A DNA stretch of 32,693 bases from Pseudomonadota bacterium. GTDB taxonomy: Bacteria; Pseudomonadota; Gammaproteobacteria; Xanthomonadales; Xanthomonadaceae. Each line of letters opens with the position of its first letter. The first letter of the stretch is position 1. A program made the position numbers and the translations under genes. The notes beneath the pieces are model-generated. The model was not told the origin of the DNA. It was given only the letters and a program-made list of their open reading frames with translations, and did no database searches. The DNA is taken from contig JANXZP010000087.1 in NCBI GenBank assembly GCA_025355485.1, forward strand, positions 1 to 32,693, in the 5' to 3' direction. Below are positions 27,401 through 32,693 of this stretch, one piece after another.

Positions 27401-27631
27401 GCGCAGTTGAAATACTGGCCGCTGATCGCCAGCGGCACCGAAGGCTACCGCACCGCCGAAGTCGCCCTCGGCGGTATCGACGCCGACGAACTGTCGTCAA
27501 CCACAATGGAATCAAGGCGCGTGCGCGGACTGTATTTCATCGGCGAGGCCGTCGATGTCGCCGGCTGGCTCGGCGGCTACAACTTCCAGTGGGCATGGGC
27601 GTCGGGGCACGCTGCGGGCGAGGTGGTGTAA
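27401..27631 (+). pseudogene. Remnant of the last ~76 codons of a second yhiN allele (no N-terminal 320 aa)
   Basis: It translates in frame as AQLKYWPLIASGTEGYRTAEVALGGIDADELSSTTMESRRVRGLYFIGEAVDVAGWLGGYNFQWAWASGHAAGEVV*. The intact gene has AQLQEWPLIASGTEGYRTAEVTLGGIDTNELSSTTMQSRRVPGLYFIGEAVDVTGWLGG... at the same place. There is no Rossmann domain upstream. Confidence 0.8.
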
Positions 27632-27642
27632 TGATGCCGCTT
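27401..27642 (+). repeat. Direct repeat copy B (partner of 26559-26800)
   Basis: Same hand alignment as copy A, with an offset of 842 bp. Confidence 0.85.
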
Positions 27643-28554
27643 CACGCGACAGGGAAACCGATGGAGTTGGCGCAGTTGAGCACGACCCTTTCAGATTGGC
27701 GCAACGCCGGTGCGTATTTCAAGCACCGCGGGCAGCGCATTTTCTGGCGCGAGGGCGGCGCGGCGGACGCGCCCGCGCTGTTGCTGATCCACGGATTTCC
27801 GACCGCATCGTGGGATTGGGAAGCGTTGTGGCCCGAGCTGGCGGCGCGTTATCGCGTGTTGACGCTGGACCTGATCGGTTTCGGCTTCTCCGACAAGCCG
27901 ATCGACTACGACTATTCGATCCTCGACCAGGCCGATATTTGCGAAGCGTTGCTGCGCGAACGCGGGATTGGTAGCTATCACGTGCTGGCGCACGACTACG
28001 GCGACACCGTCGCGCAGGAGCTGCTCGCGCGAAGTGGCGAACCGGGTCAACGGCCGAAACTTGCGAGCGTGTGCTTCCTCAACGGCGGCCTGTTTCCCGA
28101 AACGCATCGGCCGGTGCTGATCCAGAAGCTGTTGCTGTCGCCGCTCGGCCCGCTGATCGCGCGGCTGACCAACAGCAATGCCGTCGCGCGCAATATGCGC
28201 CGCATCTTCGGACCAGACACACAACCTGATCGGGCGCTGATCGATGCGTTCTGGGAATTGATGACGATGCACGATGGCCTGAAGGTCTTCCCGAACCTGG
28301 TCGGCTACATGCCGGAACGACGGCTGCGGCGTGAGCGCTGGGTGGGTGCGCTGCAAAAGACATCGCTGCCGCTCAAGCTGATCGACGGCATCCACGATCC
28401 GGTTTCCGGTGCGCACATGGTGCGGCGCTACCGCGAAATGGTCGCGCACCCCGACATCACCGAACTGCCGGGCATCGGCCACTACCCGCAACTCGAAGCG
28501 CCGCGCGATGTGCTTGCGTCTTATCTCGACTTCAGGGCGCGATGGCCCGGATAA
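27631..28554 (+). CDS. Alpha/beta-fold hydrolase, MEST/epoxide-hydrolase-like, with a probable Asp nucleophile
   Basis: LLLIHGFPTASWDWEALWPEL, then GFGFSDKP, then the nucleophile elbow VLAHDYGDTVAQE (HDYGD, as in MEST-like proteins). The C-terminal GIGHYPQLE carries the catalytic His. The start is uncertain. The ATGATG at 27631 overlaps the remnant stop (TAATG). An alternative ATG at 27661 follows AGGGAA. Confidence 0.85.
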   Translation: MMPLHATGKPMELAQLSTTLSDWRNAGAYFKHRGQRIFWREGGAADAPALLLIHGFPTASWDWEALWPELAARYRVLTLDLIGFGFSDKPIDYDYSILDQADICEALLRERGIGSYHVLAHDYGDTVAQELLARSGEPGQRPKLASVCFLNGGLFPETHRPVLIQKLLLSPLGPLIARLTNSNAVARNMRRIFGPDTQPDRALIDAFWELMTMHDGLKVFPNLVGYMPERRLRRERWVGALQKTSLPLKLIDGIHDPVSGAHMVRRYREMVAHPDITELPGIGHYPQLEAPRDVLASYLDFRARWPG

Positions 28555-28724
28555 CCGCGTCGCATTGCATGCGTGATCTCGCAGCGCGCCGCGTTCAGAC
28601 GATCGGCGGCATGGTGCTGGCTGGATGTTCCTGAAAATTCCGTAATCATTCGGTTCTAGGTTCGCAGGCCGCCGCGCCCGATACTGGCAGTCTGCGCAGC
28701 CGCAGCGTGCCTACCGGTCATTCC

Positions 28725-30737
28725 ATGCAAACCAGATTCTTGTCGAAACCATCCGTGTTGTTCGTTGCGACGCTCTGGCTGTTCGCGTTGTGCCTTGTCG
28801 GCGTCGCGCAGGCCGATCCGCAGCCCAGGCTCACCATCCTGAGCTATCACGAAATCGCCGAAGGTAACGACGCGCTGATACCTGCGTACACGGTGACGCC
28901 GACGAACTTCGTGCGGCAGATGGACTGGCTGAAGAACAATGGCTTCCACTTCGTCGGCATGAACGAGGTGCTGGCCGATTACGCGGGCAAGAAACCGCTG
29001 CCGGACAAGGCCGTGCTGATCACCTTCGACGACGGCTACCAGTCGATGTACGTGCATGCGTTCCCGATCCTCAAGCTGTTCAAGGCGCCGGCGGTGGTCG
29101 CGCTGGTCGGCAGCTGGATGGAAGTTCCCGAAACCGGCAAGGTGAATTTCGACGGGCGTTCGATCCCGCGCACGGCGCTGCTGTCGTGGGACGAATTGCG
29201 CGAAATGACCAGGAGCGGCCTGGTCGAAGTCGCAAGCCACAGCTACGCGCTGCACGAGGGCATCGTGTCGAATCCGCAGGGCAACCTGCAGCCCGCGGCG
29301 ACTGCGCGCCGCTGGATCGCGGAAAAGAAACAGTACGAAGAAGAGGCAAGCTACGCCAAGCGCGTGCGCGAGGACCTGCAGCGCAACAACGAGTTGCTCA
29401 AGAAGCACATCGGCAAGGGGCCGCGCATCATCGTGTGGCCGTACGGACGCTACAACATCGAGACGCGCAGGATCGCCGCCCAGCTCGGCATGCCGATCGG
29501 GCTGACCCTCGACGACGGCGGCAACACCGCCAACACGCCGCTGTACGGGCTGCGCCGCTCGCTGCTCGAGCGCACGATGTCGCTGGCCGACCTCGCGCAG
29601 GAAATCGACTTGCGCAACCGGCCCGAGGACGAGGAAGACGATCGCCCCAGCAAGGTCATGCACATCGACCTCGACTACATCTACGACCCCGATCCGAAGC
29701 AGACCGAGGTCAACCTCGGCCATCTGCTCGACCGCATCATCGCGATGGGCGCGAACACGGTCTACCTGCAGGCGTTCGCGGATCCGGACGCGAACGGCGC
29801 GGCCGATTCGGTGTACTTCCCGAACCGGCATGTGCCGATGCGCGCCGACCTGTTCAATCGCGTCGCCTGGCAGATTTCCACGCGCACGCCGGTTCACCAT
29901 GTGTATGCGTGGATGCCGGCGCTCGCTTGGCAATTGCCCGCGAAGGAACCCGCGGCCAGGGACATGGTCGTCACCCTGCCGAATACCAGCACCGGGCATG
30001 TCGCGATGGGCTATCCGCGGCTGTCGCCGTTCTCGCCGCGCGCGCGCGCGGTGGTACGCGAGATTTACCAGGACCTCGCGCGATCGACGCCGATCGACGG
30101 CGTGCTGTTCCACGACGACGTCACCCTGTCCGACTACGAGGACGCCAGCCCGATGGCGCTCAAGGCCTACAAGGCATGGGGCCTGCCCGATTCGGTCGAG
30201 GCGATCCGCGCGAACGACGATTACCTCGGGCGCTGGACGATCCTGAAGATCAACGCACTCGACAATTTCACCAAGGAACTCGCCCAGGTCGTGCGCGACG
30301 AACAACCCGGCATCCGTACCGCGCGCAACCTGTACGCGAGCGTCGTGCTCAATCCGAAAGCCGAGGTCTGGTATTCGCAGTCGCTCGACAACTCGCTCGC
30401 GAACTACGATTACACCGCGATCATGGCGATGCCGTACATGGAGAACGCGGCCGATCCGATCGCGTTCTACAAACAGCTCGTCGACAAGGTCAAGGAGCAT
30501 CCCGGCGCGATCAGCAAGGTCGTGATGGAGCTGCAGACGGTGGATTGGCGCAAGGACGACGCACCGATCCCGAGTCCGGAAATCGCCGATACGATCCGCA
30601 CGCTGTACGCCATGGGTGTGCAGAACGTCGCCTACTATCCGGACAACGTGTTCAAGAACATCCCCAATCCCGCATCGTTGCGACCGGTGTTCGACAGCAA
30701 ACCGAACAATCCGCTGCCCGTGCCCGTTATCCGATAG
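28725..30737 (+). CDS. pgaB: Poly-beta-1,6-N-acetyl-D-glucosamine N-deacetylase / export protein PgaB
   Basis: Collinear by eye with E. coli PgaB.
- CE4 motif VLITFDDGYQS (about 29021-29040).
- WPYG.
- MHIDLDYIYDPD.
- VYLQAFADPD.
- AWMPALAW.
- LFHDDVTLSDYEDAS.
- AIMAMPYME.
- YYPDN.
The N-terminal signal is FVATLWLFALCLVGVAQA. A GTG at 28707 is an alternative start. Confidence 0.92.
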   Translation: MQTRFLSKPSVLFVATLWLFALCLVGVAQADPQPRLTILSYHEIAEGNDALIPAYTVTPTNFVRQMDWLKNNGFHFVGMNEVLADYAGKKPLPDKAVLITFDDGYQSMYVHAFPILKLFKAPAVVALVGSWMEVPETGKVNFDGRSIPRTALLSWDELREMTRSGLVEVASHSYALHEGIVSNPQGNLQPAATARRWIAEKKQYEEEASYAKRVREDLQRNNELLKKHIGKGPRIIVWPYGRYNIETRRIAAQLGMPIGLTLDDGGNTANTPLYGLRRSLLERTMSLADLAQEIDLRNRPEDEEDDRPSKVMHIDLDYIYDPDPKQTEVNLGHLLDRIIAMGANTVYLQAFADPDANGAADSVYFPNRHVPMRADLFNRVAWQISTRTPVHHVYAWMPALAWQLPAKEPAARDMVVTLPNTSTGHVAMGYPRLSPFSPRARAVVREIYQDLARSTPIDGVLFHDDVTLSDYEDASPMALKAYKAWGLPDSVEAIRANDDYLGRWTILKINALDNFTKELAQVVRDEQPGIRTARNLYASVVLNPKAEVWYSQSLDNSLANYDYTAIMAMPYMENAADPIAFYKQLVDKVKEHPGAISKVVMELQTVDWRKDDAPIPSPEIADTIRTLYAMGVQNVAYYPDNVFKNIPNPASLRPVFDSKPNNPLPVPVIR

Positions 30738-30748
30738 GCAGCCGACTC

Positions 30749-32071
30749 GTGCTGACGCTGACCGCGCTGCTCAAGACCGTCTGGCTCGGCCTGCAAGGGT
30801 TCGTGTACTACTACCCGTTGTTCATGTCGTATCTGTGGATGATGGGCGCGGCGTTGTTCTACTGGCGCTATGAGCGGCACGACCCGCCGTTCAACCAGCC
30901 GGTCCCGTTGCCGGGCACGCCGCCGGTCAGCATCTTGATCCCGTGCTTCAACGAAGCCGCGCACGCGGAGGAAACCCTGCTGCATGCGCTCGCGACCGAC
31001 TATCCGGAGTTCGAGGTCATCGCGATCAACGACGGCAGTCGCGACAACACCGGCACCATCCTCGATCGCATGGTGCGCGAGCATCCGCGCTTGCGCGTGG
31101 TGCACCTGGCGCAGAACCAGGGCAAGGCGATGGCATTGCAGGCCGGCAGCCTGCTGGCGAAACACGAGTATCTGATCTGCATCGACGGCGATGCGTTGCT
31201 CGATCCGCATTGCGCGCACTGGATGGTGCGGCATTTCGTCGAGGATCCGGATGTCGCTGCGGTCACCGGCAATCCGCGCATCCGCAATCGCTCGACCCTG
31301 CTCGGGAAAGTGCAGGTCGGCGAATTCTCCTCGATCGTCGGCATGATCAAGCGCGCGCAGCGCAGTTTCGGTCGCCTGTTCACTGTGTCCGGCGTGATCA
31401 CCGCGTTCCGCAAGTCGGCGGTGCATCACGTCGGCTACTGGAGCGCGGACATGCTGACCGAGGACATCGACATCACCTGGAAGCTGCAGCGCGATGGCTG
31501 GGACGTGCGCTTCGAACCGCGCGCGCTGGTCTGGATCCTGATGCCCGAAACATTGCGCGGACTGTGGAAGCAACGCCTGCGCTGGGCCACCGGCGGCGCG
31601 CAGGTGCTGATGAAGAACATCGATGTCGTGCTGCATCCTGCGCAGAACCACCTGTGGCCGCTGCTGCTCGAACTCGTGCTGAGCTTGGTGTGGTCGTATG
31701 CGCTGCTCGCGATGCTGATGCTGTGGCTGGCGGGGTTCGTCATTCCGCACGGCGCGCTGCCCGTGGTCGGATCGCCGCTGATTCCGCAATGGAGCGGGGT
31801 GGTGCTCGGCACGACGTGCCTGCTGCAATTTGCGTTCAGCAAGTGGCTGGACAGCCATTACGACGCTGGCCTGGGCCGCAACTACTACTGGATGATCTGG
31901 TATCCGCTGGTGTTCTGGCTGATCAACATCTTCGCCACCGTGGTCGCCTTCCCGAAAGCGCTGGGTCGCGATGCAGGCAAGCGCGCGCGCTGGGTGAGTC
32001 CCGATCGCGGCGCGCACTTGCGCAAGAAGAAGCAGAAAAAAATCCGCGGCGAGGTCGACGGCCATGCGTGA
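30749..32071 (+). CDS. pgaC: Poly-beta-1,6-N-acetyl-D-glucosamine synthase PgaC (GT2)
   Basis: Collinear with E. coli PgaC.
- SILIPCFNE.
- VIAINDGSRDNT.
- HLAQNQGKAMAL.
- ICIDGDALLD.
- VTGNPRIRNRSTLLGKVQVGEFSSI.
- TEDIDITWKLQ.
- KQRLRWATGG (QxxRW at 31571-31585).
- RARWVSPDRG.
The GTG start at 30749 is the only start codon near the first TM helix. The 961-aa ORF upstream of it is the +1 shadow of pgaB. Confidence 0.92.
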   Translation: MLTLTALLKTVWLGLQGFVYYYPLFMSYLWMMGAALFYWRYERHDPPFNQPVPLPGTPPVSILIPCFNEAAHAEETLLHALATDYPEFEVIAINDGSRDNTGTILDRMVREHPRLRVVHLAQNQGKAMALQAGSLLAKHEYLICIDGDALLDPHCAHWMVRHFVEDPDVAAVTGNPRIRNRSTLLGKVQVGEFSSIVGMIKRAQRSFGRLFTVSGVITAFRKSAVHHVGYWSADMLTEDIDITWKLQRDGWDVRFEPRALVWILMPETLRGLWKQRLRWATGGAQVLMKNIDVVLHPAQNHLWPLLLELVLSLVWSYALLAMLMLWLAGFVIPHGALPVVGSPLIPQWSGVVLGTTCLLQFAFSKWLDSHYDAGLGRNYYWMIWYPLVFWLINIFATVVAFPKALGRDAGKRARWVSPDRGAHLRKKKQKKIRGEVDGHA

Positions 32072-32495
32072 GCGGATGATCATCAATGCGCGCAGCGACC
32101 TGAGCTGGCGGCGCAGGCTGTTGTCGGACGTGGTGACCGCTGCGATGTGGGCGTTCTGGATCCTGTTGTGGCTGCCGGTGTTCCGCAAGCTCTACCACGT
32201 GATCCGATTGCACGAAGGGCTCGCGAGGGGCGCGATCCAGGTGTTCCGGACCATCACGCCGATTTCGCTCACGCATTCGAGCATCGCCCTGCTCGGCACC
32301 TGCGCGCTGCTGCTGCTGTGGACGCTGCTGCCGACGCGGCGCCTCACCCATGCCCACGACGCGCAGACGCTCGATGATTACGCCGAGTATTTCGAGCTCG
32401 ACGAGGGCGAGATCCTCGCCGGTCGCGACAGCCGCATCTGCGTGGTGCGCCACGATGAACACGGCAATATCGAGGGCATCGAGCCGCGAGATTGA
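32064..32495 (+). CDS. pgaD: PgaD-like small inner-membrane subunit of the PNAG synthase
   Basis: It overlaps pgaC by 8 nt, with GAGG 9 nt upstream. The product is 143 aa with IINARS at the N-terminus, two TM helices (VVTAAMWAFWILLWLPVF; IALLGTCALLLLWTLL) and a cytoplasmic tail YAEYFELDEGEIL...VVRHDEHGNI. This parallels E. coli PgaD (137 aa) in layout and position. Confidence 0.75.
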   Translation: MRERMIINARSDLSWRRRLLSDVVTAAMWAFWILLWLPVFRKLYHVIRLHEGLARGAIQVFRTITPISLTHSSIALLGTCALLLLWTLLPTRRLTHAHDAQTLDDYAEYFELDEGEILAGRDSRICVVRHDEHGNIEGIEPRD

Positions 32496-32693
32496 AGGTC
32501 ATCGCCACGTGATCAGCGTGAGTGTCCAGTCAGAACCCGATTGGAGCACCGGCCAGCAGTGATTGACGCTTCGGTGTTGATCAATTTGGATGTCGCAAAT
32601 CGACCATTTGTGTACATTCGTTCGTCACGCCTGCTGAGTCGCGTAATTGACAGGCGCCACCGCGCAACTGACCATTCATCATGTGGTTCCTAA

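Noticed and set aside
29186-30748. The upstream 520 codons of the 961-aa ORF that ends as pgaC.
   Set aside because: This part is the +1 frame of pgaB, with an Arg/Pro/Gly-rich translation. PgaC similarity starts only at the first TM helix after the GTG at 30749.
1773-32188. Many long ORFs antisense to, or in alternative frames of, the called genes. Examples: 1773-3578(-), 6809-8020(-), 8099-9493(-), 11528-12739(-), 13001-14446(-), 16092-17210(-), 18147-19769(-), 19397-20731(-), 20783-22087(+), 23297-24175(+), 24096-25172(+), 25926-26831(-), 28656-30500(-), 30635-32188(-), 30943-32079(+).
   Set aside because: These are typical high-GC shadow ORFs. Their translations are Arg/Ala/Pro/Gly-rich low-complexity strings with no recognisable motifs. 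Each fully overlaps a gene with strong family signatures on the other strand or frame.
32577-32584. TTGATCAA palindrome in the lower-GC tail after pgaD, as an FNR/CRP site.
   Set aside because: The half-sites abut with no N4/N6 spacer. An 8-bp palindrome in AT-richer DNA is not informative on its own.
1-32693. Scan for tRNA, rRNA, CRISPR repeats, IS inverted repeats, and integrase or transposase genes.
   Set aside because: No cloverleaf-like sequence, no regularly spaced direct repeats, and no transposase or integrase motifs turned up in any of the listed ORFs. The only sizeable repeat is the yhiN 3'-end pair.

Overview
High-GC, densely coding window that looks like a proteobacterial chromosome. 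I found no rRNA, tRNA, CRISPR array or recognisable IS or transposase. All protein identifications rest on motif recognition by eye; no database search was run.

Gene content from left to right:
1. The 3' end of a DUF11/SdrD-B-type repeat adhesin, translationally coupled (GTGA) to a 1205-aa predicted outer-membrane beta-barrel protein.
2. A 610-bp lower-GC spacer between convergent genes, carrying five copies of an AATT(T)CC(C/G)TGCA motif.
3. Two small minus-strand genes.
4. A 2896-aa cyclic beta-1,2-glucan synthase (GT84 + GH94 architecture), followed co-directionally by pgm, phosphoketolase and acetate kinase. A GH144-like glycoside hydrolase without a signal peptide converges on this block.
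5. A lower-GC stretch with two small unknown genes and a Crp/Fnr-family regulator.
6. A PadR regulator with a coupled multi-pass membrane partner.
7. A YhiN/BaiN-type flavoprotein whose last ~240 bp occur twice (about 89% identical), flanking a 600-bp insert that carries one small gene.
8. A MEST-like alpha/beta hydrolase.
9. A pgaB-pgaC-pgaD PNAG locus with no pgaA in front of it.

The most interesting candidates are:
- the glucan synthase / pgm / phosphoketolase / acetate kinase / GH144 block, a possible beta-1,2-glucan turnover module;
- the adhesin plus giant barrel pair;
- the yhiN replacement scar;
- the pgaA-less pga locus.
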